Notes under the pieces: model-generated
What the model saw: only the letters and a program-made list of their open reading frames with translations
What the model was told of the DNA's origin: nothing
The model's database searches: none
Shown: piece by piece, positions 57,239 through 64,000 of the stretch
Numbering within the stretch: the first letter of the stretch is position 1
Layout: the number at the start of each line of letters is the position of its first letter
Position numbers and translations under genes: made by a program
From: a virus
Strand: one strand, 5' to 3'
Length of the DNA: 64,000 nucleotides
IMG/VR virus record: IMGVR_UViG_3300017818_000007
Coordinates: 96,001 to 160,000 of that record

Positions 57239-58021
57239 TTAATACTCCTGCTTGTAAAAGTAAACATAGTAGCCTTTACCGTTTGTATCACCGCCGTCGT
57301 TGTAAATTTCTTCGCCGTTGTAGTAGACTCCGTATATAAGGTCTTCACCATTAGGTGCTTCAGCAACTGCAAATTGCAACTTAGTTTCGTCAAACTCTAT
57401 ATCACTTTCGATTACAGTTTCAAAGAACGTGCCTTTTTCTGAACTTACCATTTGACAAATATATTCTCCCTTTTCGGGATACTTGTTTCCATACTCGTGA
57501 TCAACTTCAGTAGGCTCACACCAAACATTGTTATCAGGATCAGAATGTTTTTCACTTGTTTCGTTAATCCACTCACCAAGTTCTTCACCGTCAACAACTT
57601 CTTTAAGATGTTTAGCACTATACTCTGCACTGTCTACTTTATCAATATATAAACGTGCCGCATCGTATGTTAGTCCCCACGTATGTTCAAACTCGTCAAT
57701 TGGTTCATACCAAGTTGCACCAACACTTTCTTCATCGTCATCGTGCATAAACATTGCTTCACGAGGAATATCACCGCCGCTAATGTATTCGTATTCACCA
57801 TCTTCACCTACGTTTTCACGTGTTTGATCTGACGCATTTAAAATATAATGAATTGCATCAGCATCGCCGTGTTCTTCTACAGTCTTACTCCAAAAATCAA
57901 ATGCTTCTTTTGAAATACGCATATATGAGCATTCGGATCCATAACCGCTTAACATAATACGATAAAAGTGTGGGCCTTTAATACGTTCGATTGTTTGTTC
58001 TTTTTCTTTAAGTGTTGCCAT
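57239..58021 (-). CDS. Hypothetical acidic protein
   Basis: 260-aa ORF, TAATG-coupled. Confidence 0.7.
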   Translation of the reverse strand: MATLKEKEQTIERIKGPHFYRIMLSGYGSECSYMRISKEAFDFWSKTVEEHGDADAIHYILNASDQTRENVGEDGEYEYISGGDIPREAMFMHDDDEESVGATWYEPIDEFEHTWGLTYDAARLYIDKVDSAEYSAKHLKEVVDGEELGEWINETSEKHSDPDNNVWCEPTEVDHEYGNKYPEKGEYICQMVSSEKGTFFETVIESDIEFDETKLQFAVAEAPNGEDLIYGVYYNGEEIYNDGGDTNGKGYYVYFYKQEY

Positions 58022-58410
58022 TATACTAATTCCTCTGTAATATACCTTTTGAGTTCTTTATCTTCTACATCATTTGGTATATCGTTTTTATAAAAGATTC
58101 TATAAGAATCACTACCATACTTGCCAATGCCACATAATTCTGTTGCGTCATTGCCGTCCCAGTCTAGCCATTGCTGACTCATTTTCCAAATACGTTTAGC
58201 ACGAACATTTTGCATACCTAATGGTTGTAATACTTCAGCAATCTCATCTACTGTTGAATATAAAAGAATACCAGCAGTAGGCCAACGTTCGAAAAACTTA
58301 GTGAGTACAGGTTTTGTTTGCCGTCTATCAACTTGGTTAAGACAGATAACACCGACCATGTGTTGCCAACTGTCTTCAACCTGCTGTTGTACCATTAGGT
58401 CGTCTCTCAT
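58021..58410 (-). CDS. HhH-GPD DNA glycosylase (MBD4-like, minimal)
   Basis: WQHMVGVICLNQ, F..WPT, PLGM.N.RA.RI, L.GIGKYGSDSY.IF. Confidence 0.8.
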   Translation of the reverse strand: MRDDLMVQQQVEDSWQHMVGVICLNQVDRRQTKPVLTKFFERWPTAGILLYSTVDEIAEVLQPLGMQNVRAKRIWKMSQQWLDWDGNDATELCGIGKYGSDSYRIFYKNDIPNDVEDKELKRYITEELV

Positions 58411-58517
58411 AGTGGTAATTTTCCTGTATAAAGATCAATACTTAAACTAATCATTCCCATAGCAAAAACTGTAATAATAAAAAACCTTGCTAAAATTACT
58501 GCGATATAATCATGCAT
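58407..58517 (-). CDS. 36-aa single-pass membrane peptide, not in ORF track
   Basis: MHDYIAVILARFFIITVFAMGMISLSIDLYTGKLPL; ATG overlaps the ClpP TAA and its TGA overlaps the glycosylase ATG. Confidence 0.6.
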   Translation of the reverse strand: MHDYIAVILARFFIITVFAMGMISLSIDLYTGKLPL

Positions 58518-59074
58518 TAATACAACTCCTCAATTTTATCACAAATTTTTAACTTCTTTGCTTCTTCTGCACTTAACCAAACGTCTTGTGGCGGAAGAAG
58601 AACTTCTTTGATTTTAGCCTCAGTCATACCTAAACATTTTTTATAGTGCTTAATCATACGTTCTGTACTAAGTTCAAATTCTCTTACACGAGCATACAGT
58701 TCGTGTTCTTTGCCTCTACTACCCCAACTGTACTGATGCGATAGTATGCTTGTATTAGGAGTAAGGATACGTTGTCCTTTTTGTCCTGCAATAAAAATTA
58801 AAAATCCACAACTTGCAATAAGTCCTAGTCCTACTGTTTTAATAGGTATTGAACTTGATTTCATTACATCAATTAGAGCAAATGCAGAATGTACATCTCC
58901 GCCTGGTGAATTGATTACAAGTGTTAGTTGTGGTAGTGGATTATCAGCAAGGTTATGATTCATTACCCACTTAATTGCTTCCTTGCAAGAAGCAGATGTT
59001 ATTTGATCCATCAAAAGGTAAACACCGTTTGATTCTATGTTTTGTATTTGTTGTTGTTGTTCTTTTTTAGCCAT
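58517..59074 (-). CDS. clpP: ClpP-like protease subunit
   Basis: INSPGGDV, IASCG (Ser), SHQ (His), QDVWLSAEEA (Asp). Confidence 0.88.
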   Translation of the reverse strand: MAKKEQQQQIQNIESNGVYLLMDQITSASCKEAIKWVMNHNLADNPLPQLTLVINSPGGDVHSAFALIDVMKSSSIPIKTVGLGLIASCGFLIFIAGQKGQRILTPNTSILSHQYSWGSRGKEHELYARVREFELSTERMIKHYKKCLGMTEAKIKEVLLPPQDVWLSAEEAKKLKICDKIEELY

Positions 59075-59612
59075 ATGTTCCTACATTTTCCCACGGATAT
59101 ACTAGCCATACATCCTCTTCTGCTTTGTTTACTTCATCACAAGAGTATGACACACCGTCAAACTCACTGCTTAGGTTTTCCGTTAATACTGCGAAACGAA
59201 CATTACCGCCCCATACCTTATCCCACTTAGAATCGTTTGGTAAGCAACTTGCTTGCCAGTCTTCTTTAATCCAATTAAATGTAGCACCAGTATCGTTAAT
59301 ATCGTCTACAACAAGAATGTTTTTAGCGGTTGGTCCGCCTGTAGCAACTTTACCGTCATTATAACCGTATGCATCTTCGCTCATCCAACAGTTAGTTTCT
59401 TGATGGCTTTCACCGTCACGTAATGCTACCTTAAGTGCTTCACAACGAATGCCGGTCATGTTTGAAATAATAGTAGCAGGTACATTACCACCTCGTGTAA
59501 TACCTACAATGTAATCAGGCTTCCAGCCATCTTTATACATTTGATTAACAATGCTAACACACATTGTTTCTACATCTTGCCAAGTATAAAATTTCTTTTT
59601 AATTTGCGACAC
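59067..59612 (-). CDS. Type I phosphoribosyltransferase (xanthine/guanine PRT-like)
   Basis: IVGITRGGNVPA, LVVDDINDTGAT PRPP loop, WLVYPWE. Confidence 0.9.
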   Translation of the reverse strand: MSQIKKKFYTWQDVETMCVSIVNQMYKDGWKPDYIVGITRGGNVPATIISNMTGIRCEALKVALRDGESHQETNCWMSEDAYGYNDGKVATGGPTAKNILVVDDINDTGATFNWIKEDWQASCLPNDSKWDKVWGGNVRFAVLTENLSSEFDGVSYSCDEVNKAEEDVWLVYPWENVGTYG

Positions 59613-59901
59613 TGAATTCTACCCCCGTAATCTTGTCCCATCTAAAACTACGCCAACCATTTGCGTTAACGTCCCATACTACACAAACATCTTCACTAAT
59701 CTTACGTACTTTCTTTTGTGAAGCAGGATCTTCTTTTGTTGCTTCAGGAATGACACCTTCTTTAAGTGTACAAGTCATAATGCGTTCATCGCCGTTTAGT
59801 TTATTAAACTTAACAACTACATTGCCTGAGTGCAACAAGTTCTTTAGCCAATCACGTGTTTGTTGTTCATTAAACTTTTCAATATTAATGTTCGAGTTCA
59901 T
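59599..59901 (-). CDS. DUF2693/WYL-like SH3-barrel phage protein
   Basis: VKFNK.NG.ER.M.CTL...VWDV...GWRSFR. Confidence 0.6.
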   Translation of the reverse strand: MNSNINIEKFNEQQTRDWLKNLLHSGNVVVKFNKLNGDERIMTCTLKEGVIPEATKEDPASQKKVRKISEDVCVVWDVNANGWRSFRWDKITGVEFSVAN

Positions 59902-60355
59902 ATTTTTCTCTCAAGTAAGTTTTGTTATCGACCCATTTGCCGTCTCTAATAAAGCCCCACTCTCTTAGTTTAGGGCCTGGTATAAAAAGTGTCCATACAT
60001 CAGTATTAGGAGCCAACTCAATACGGTGGAGACTCCTAGGAGTGCTGATTCGAAAGTGCCCCGGCGAACGCCAATGCTTTCCCGATACAGTATGCTCCCA
60101 ATAACCGCCGCGAAGAATAAGTGTAAAATAGGGCCAAGGATGGTCGTGTAAATCATCTAAATCTCCTTTGTGAAACTTGTGTAAGAATACATTAAATGGA
60201 AACCATTTACGATCCTTTAAAAATAGGTAGTAGCGAGTTAGGTAAGGTTCGTTTTCATAACGATCCATAATAACACGTTTTCGACCAATTAATTCTAACC
60301 AGTCTAAAAAATCAAAACCAGCAATCCATGAAAAGAATTTAAAACGGAATGTCAT
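59885..60355 (-). CDS. Cupin-fold protein
   Basis: LHKF...D.DDLHDHPW..T.IL.GGY.E...HRIEL...WTLF. Confidence 0.7.
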   Translation of the reverse strand: MTFRFKFFSWIAGFDFLDWLELIGRKRVIMDRYENEPYLTRYYLFLKDRKWFPFNVFLHKFHKGDLDDLHDHPWPYFTLILRGGYWEHTVSGKHWRSPGHFRISTPRSLHRIELAPNTDVWTLFIPGPKLREWGFIRDGKWVDNKTYLREKYELEH

Positions 60356-60662
60356 CTGATCCTCCTGTTTCGTTGTCTTTATCTGCTTTAACCATGTTAT
60401 AAACAGACATGAATTGATCCCAAAGTGTTTGACAAGTAGGATTAGACTTAACTAGATCTTCATCAATATATGTACCACCATTCCAACTCCAATCGTTGTT
60501 AGCATTGATAGTAAATGTTCCATCTGAAACATAATCGTCATTAGGGTAATCAGTACCAACTGAAACTGTGTATGACGGATTTGGAAAAGATACAGTTCCG
60601 CTTGGATACTCGTCTGTTGCTTCGCCTAATGTAATAGTGTATTGTTTATCATCATCGCCCAT
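60339..60662 (-). CDS. Hypothetical protein
   Basis: 107-aa ORF. Confidence 0.6.
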   Translation of the reverse strand: MGDDDKQYTITLGEATDEYPSGTVSFPNPSYTVSVGTDYPNDDYVSDGTFTINANNDWSWNGGTYIDEDLVKSNPTCQTLWDQFMSVYNMVKADKDNETGGSDDIPF

Positions 60663-60664
60663 AA

Positions 60665-61351
60665 TTACCTCGGAGCAAATTCCTGTTGTAATTTAATATT
60701 ATCCATAAACTCTTTTTTAGTTCCTGGATCATCTTTAAAACTACCTTTTAGTACAGTTGTTTGTGTAAGTGAACTATGTGCCATAATGCCACGGTTCTCA
60801 CAACAACCGTGTGTTGCTTGAATGTAAACACCTAAGTGTTTTGCATCTGTAGCCTTTTCAATTTCACGTGCAATATCATTTGCAAGTTCTTCTTGTAGTG
60901 TACCACGTCTAGCACACCATTGTGCAATGCGTGTATATTTAGAAAGTCCAATAACTTTACCATTAGGAATAACACCAATGTATGCTACACCAGTCACTGG
61001 TTGGTGGTGATGTGAACAAACACTTTTAAGTTCAGAACGAACTACAAGCATACCTTTATATGCATCTTCGCCGTCGTTTGGAAATGCAGTTGCTGGCGGA
61101 ATAGTATCATAACGACCTTGCATAAGTTCATTGTAATACATTTTAGCAAGTCGTCGTGCTGTACCTTGTGAGTTAGGATCGTTATGACGATCAATAATTA
61201 GTGCATCTAGTACACCTTCAAACTTTTCAGCGGCTTCATTAATTAATTCTTCTTTTTCACCATCTTGGATAAAAGCAGAAATATTGTCGCCTGCCCAATA
61301 TCGTTTGTTTGCTTCTTTTAATCTTTGCGTTATTTCAGCATATTTTTTCAT
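60665..61351 (-). CDS. folE: GTP cyclohydrolase I
   Basis: SVCSHHHQP, IGLSKYTR, LQEEL, HGCCENRG. Confidence 0.95.
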   Translation of the reverse strand: MKKYAEITQRLKEANKRYWAGDNISAFIQDGEKEELINEAAEKFEGVLDALIIDRHNDPNSQGTARRLAKMYYNELMQGRYDTIPPATAFPNDGEDAYKGMLVVRSELKSVCSHHHQPVTGVAYIGVIPNGKVIGLSKYTRIAQWCARRGTLQEELANDIAREIEKATDAKHLGVYIQATHGCCENRGIMAHSSLTQTTVLKGSFKDDPGTKKEFMDNIKLQQEFAPR

Positions 61352-61365
61352 TTTTTTCTCCGAGT

Positions 61366-62484
61366 TTAAGACGTGGATGTCTTTTCATTATATAAGTTTA
61401 CAGTCTTTTTAATATTATTGCAACTAAAATAATCATCATTTAGAAAATTAACTAGTCTATCTAATGCAACTTCATGTTTTTTAAAGTCATTCATTACCCA
61501 ATGAATTTTTTCAATTATCTTATCTTTGTTTGCAATATAACTATCCCATGATTCAGTCCATTCACTAGGGTATTTGAAATAGTCATCATACATTTCTGTA
61601 TAACTTAATCTATCAGGTATAAGTGGAAACGCATTTACAATAGCACCTTCGTATGCACTGATACCTAAAGTTTCTTGTAGGTTAGCACTAAAGACCATTT
61701 TTGCTTCACCTAACAAATTATGATATTCAACTTTGCTTAGTCTTTGATCTTGACAAACTACAAATTCATAATCACTTTGTAGTTCTTCTTTTAAATCTCT
61801 AAAAATTTCTGGTTGTTTTTCAGGAGCAACTCTATGAGGGAAAAGAATTAAGTTTTTCTTTTTCATTCCTTTATAAGGATATAGTGTGTTCTTAAGATAT
61901 TCCATAGGCCAACCTGATCTTACAATTTTTTTATCTTTAATGTAAGAATCGTTAGCACAATTCATATCAACACCTAACAACGTTTCACAAAACATCTTAA
62001 TATGAAAGTCACTAGCAAAATAGTTATGATCAAAAGCATGGAAAAAACTTTTTTCTGCGTGTCTTACCCATGGTTTATCTCCAACTAATCTTCCTAAGAA
62101 ATCTGCAGGATCATAACTGCCGGCGTGCCATAATCCGTGTGTTATGACATCAATGCCTAACAGTTCTGCCATATACTTTACATTAAGTATGCCAGGATGC
62201 CACGCATCTGTAAACAGTATATGATCCCCAGATTTAATTTTGCCTTTAGTAAAGGCTTTTGCAATTTTCTCTATCTGAGTTGATTTGTAAATGTTAGTAC
62301 CACCAAAGTTTAAAAACGCACCTGGTGTAGTTGCATCTGGAATATCGTCACTACCTTCTACAACTTCAACTTCAATTGGATTAAACAATGATCCTTTAGA
62401 AAGAATTTTAGGTACGTGAACTTTCCATTCACTTGTGTATCTAGTTTCAACGCTTTCTAAATCTACTAACCAAATCTTACTCAT
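61366..62484 (-). CDS. GT-B glycosyltransferase (retaining, EX7E)
   Basis: FPHRVAPEKQP; ETLGISAYE = EX7E motif. Confidence 0.8.
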   Translation of the reverse strand: MSKIWLVDLESVETRYTSEWKVHVPKILSKGSLFNPIEVEVVEGSDDIPDATTPGAFLNFGGTNIYKSTQIEKIAKAFTKGKIKSGDHILFTDAWHPGILNVKYMAELLGIDVITHGLWHAGSYDPADFLGRLVGDKPWVRHAEKSFFHAFDHNYFASDFHIKMFCETLLGVDMNCANDSYIKDKKIVRSGWPMEYLKNTLYPYKGMKKKNLILFPHRVAPEKQPEIFRDLKEELQSDYEFVVCQDQRLSKVEYHNLLGEAKMVFSANLQETLGISAYEGAIVNAFPLIPDRLSYTEMYDDYFKYPSEWTESWDSYIANKDKIIEKIHWVMNDFKKHEVALDRLVNFLNDDYFSCNNIKKTVNLYNEKTSTS

Positions 62485-62715
62485 TTAGTTCCTCTGCCTA
62501 TTCTTTCCATGAGCATAGCGTTTTCTAATTCGATTTTTAAATCGATTATACTGTTGCCATACATGGCTTTGATTGTTATAGAGGTCTGCCTCGTTAAAGA
62601 CATAACTCTGTCGATCTCCGCGAACCCAACTGTTCACGCACCAATCCTTGTATGATTCAAGGTCTTTAAAGATCTTTACGATCTCCGGATGGTCTGCAAA
62701 ATATGACACTATCAT
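62485..62715 (-). CDS. Hypothetical protein
   Basis: 76-aa ORF. Confidence 0.55.
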   Translation of the reverse strand: MIVSYFADHPEIVKIFKDLESYKDWCVNSWVRGDRQSYVFNEADLYNNQSHVWQQYNRFKNRIRKRYAHGKNRQRN

Positions 62716-62720
62716 CTCCT

Positions 62721-63164
62721 TTAATATTTTGCGTACTCGATGTGGGCACCGTTTTCTCCATCTTCACTAACGTCGATGTGAACTTCTCTGCCCGGGTGTT
62801 TAGCAATAATCTGGTTGTATAGATCATCGCAAATCATTTCACAACTCTTATAATCTAGTTCAAGGGTCTTCTCCTCGTAAAGTTTTTCTAACCAACGTTT
62901 AAATTGAATAAATTCGATATCACGATCGTTGTGTGTCACAGTAATACCGACTTTGAAATGGAATATGTGTCTGTGGGGATATCCCAAAAATGAAACATCA
63001 TATTCATCACCTGTTGCAAGACTAGGATCATCTAGTGCCGCAGGATACTTGTGGATACCTTCCTTACGGAAAGTCACCCAAATCATACGTTTTGCAGTTC
63101 GCATGATTTTTTCGTGTGTTTCTTGAGCCATTGCTTCCTTCATCATGTTATCAGTTATACTCAT
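62721..63164 (-). CDS. QueD-like T-fold protein with LxxxHRHxF motif (DpdL-like candidate)
   Basis: FLGYPHRHIFHFKV, DIEFIQFK, SCE, VSEDGENGA; likely start at 63131 because the -10 box abuts 63164. Confidence 0.7.
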   Translation of the reverse strand: MSITDNMMKEAMAQETHEKIMRTAKRMIWVTFRKEGIHKYPAALDDPSLATGDEYDVSFLGYPHRHIFHFKVGITVTHNDRDIEFIQFKRWLEKLYEEKTLELDYKSCEMICDDLYNQIIAKHPGREVHIDVSEDGENGAHIEYAKY

Positions 63165-63193
63165 ATTATAGTGCCTTTCAGTGCTGTTGTCAA
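63165..63193 (-). promoter_or_regulatory. Consensus sigma70 promoter for the QueD-like/GT/folE genes
   Basis: TTGACA-17 nt-TATAAT. Confidence 0.75.
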
Positions 63194-63194
63194 G

Positions 63195-63698
63195 TTAATC
63201 TTTAGGTTCATCGTCGCCATATTTGCTCCAATCTGTGAACTTATCACGTTCTAGTAAATTGTGTACAGGTTGAATCCAAACACCCGGATTGGAATGATTA
63301 AAATCAGCATCGTCAATTTTCATACAAGCATTGTAGTTTAATTGATTTACATAAGGAAGTTTTACGGACATTAAACTAATAAATTTATTGCGTTCATTAA
63401 ATCCGTTTTCTAATATCCATTCGTGATACTTAACATCATAGTCTAAAGTCACCCAATAGTTTTTATCAAGTAAACCGTATACCAGTCCTTCCCAATCTTC
63501 TTTTGGAACAAAACTATGATTAGCACCTAGATAAATGTGGTCAACGTGATTCTCTTTTGCTTTATCTAGCACTTCTTCTAGTGGACGACATCCTACCACA
63601 AACAGTGTGTCCATATCGTATGCTGGTGTTTTTTCAACTTCGTACCCTGTAAAGTACATTACATCATCTTTTACACCATCTGCATAATCACGTTTCAT
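63195..63698 (-). CDS. Conserved hypothetical protein in the deazaguanine cluster
   Basis: 167-aa ORF; YFTGYEVEKTP...TLFVVG...HIYLGANHSF. Confidence 0.7.
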   Translation of the reverse strand: MKRDYADGVKDDVMYFTGYEVEKTPAYDMDTLFVVGCRPLEEVLDKAKENHVDHIYLGANHSFVPKEDWEGLVYGLLDKNYWVTLDYDVKYHEWILENGFNERNKFISLMSVKLPYVNQLNYNACMKIDDADFNHSNPGVWIQPVHNLLERDKFTDWSKYGDDEPKD

Positions 63699-63880
63699 TT
63701 TGTTAGCCTATCAATTTGATCTTTAATATAAAGTTTTGTTTTCTTTAATTTTAATAAAAGTGACTTATGACCAAAGTCTCTATATATACTACGCTCTTTT
63801 TCTAACTCGTCAACCTTTTTTGAATAGTATTCGTGTTCTTTGGTTAACTTTTTTACAGTTTTGTTTTTTATTTTTGACAT
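63695..63880 (-). CDS. Small coiled-coil protein (DUF465-like)
   Basis: LTKEH...KVDELEK...LKKTKLYIKDQI. Confidence 0.55.
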   Translation of the reverse strand: MSKIKNKTVKKLTKEHEYYSKKVDELEKERSIYRDFGHKSLLLKLKKTKLYIKDQIDRLTK

Positions 63881-64000
63881 TATGCCTCCTCAAATAAGTT
63901 CGCATATTGCGTACTTGCGTTTACAGTTTTTTTACCCGTTGCTCCCCTAGTGCCGATAATTGACATCCAGAATCTACTAAACTCTTCTATGATCGCATTC
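63880..64000 (-). CDS. 3' end of a gene truncated by the window edge (possibly DpdA/TGT-like)
   Basis: Open frame NAIIEEFSRFWMSIIGTRGATGKKTVNASTQYANLFEEA* with TAATG coupling; DpdA identity is a guess from context. Confidence 0.35.
   Translation of the reverse strand, partial: NAIIEEFSRFWMSIIGTRGATGKKTVNASTQYANLFEEA

Noticed and set aside
1-64000. Stop-codon reassignment (TAG/TGA recoding, as in some large phages)
   Set aside because: Long genes, including the 4641-aa ORF, are intact under the standard code, and TAG/TGA serve as normal coupled stops.
1-64000. CRISPR array, DGR/reverse transcriptase, integrase or IS element
   Set aside because: No regularly spaced repeats, no RT, transposase or recombinase motifs seen.

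Overview
This is a 64-kb, AT-rich, gene-dense segment of a large T4-like (contractile-tailed) bacteriophage genome read in the standard genetic code. From left to right it holds: a T4 gp20-like portal, a tape-measure-like gene, a gp26-like gene, a ~450-nt GC-rich non-coding structured region directly downstream of a minimal GIY-YIG nuclease, gp46/gp47 recombination nuclease and a gp55-like late sigma factor. A 34-kb + strand virion operon follows (baseplate gp53/hub/gp5/gp25/gp6, a 4641-aa mosaic protein, four paralogous tail-fibre genes). The right end is a - strand metabolism and DNA-modification block (dCMP deaminase, ThyX, MoxR/VWA split by two orphan restriction-like nucleases, RNase H, QueE, HIT, HhH glycosylase, ClpP, PRTase, FolE, glycosyltransferase, QueD-like/DpdL-like protein). 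The main observations are: (1) a candidate large structured RNA directly after a catalytic-domain-only GIY-YIG nuclease; (2) a canonical T TTT TTC -1 frameshift site fusing the gp26-like ORF to a start-less gp51-like frame, resembling lambda G/GT; (3) apparent absence of AGCT, GCWGC and GTWAC, with visible synonymous codon detours, alongside two methylase-less PD-(D/E)xK nucleases; (4) a 7-deazaguanine pathway with an embedded glycosyltransferase; (5) a recurring AACTRCGT operator-like motif near TAAATA late promoters. All family assignments come from motif recognition by eye. No searches or folding programs were run, and motif counts are manual scans.
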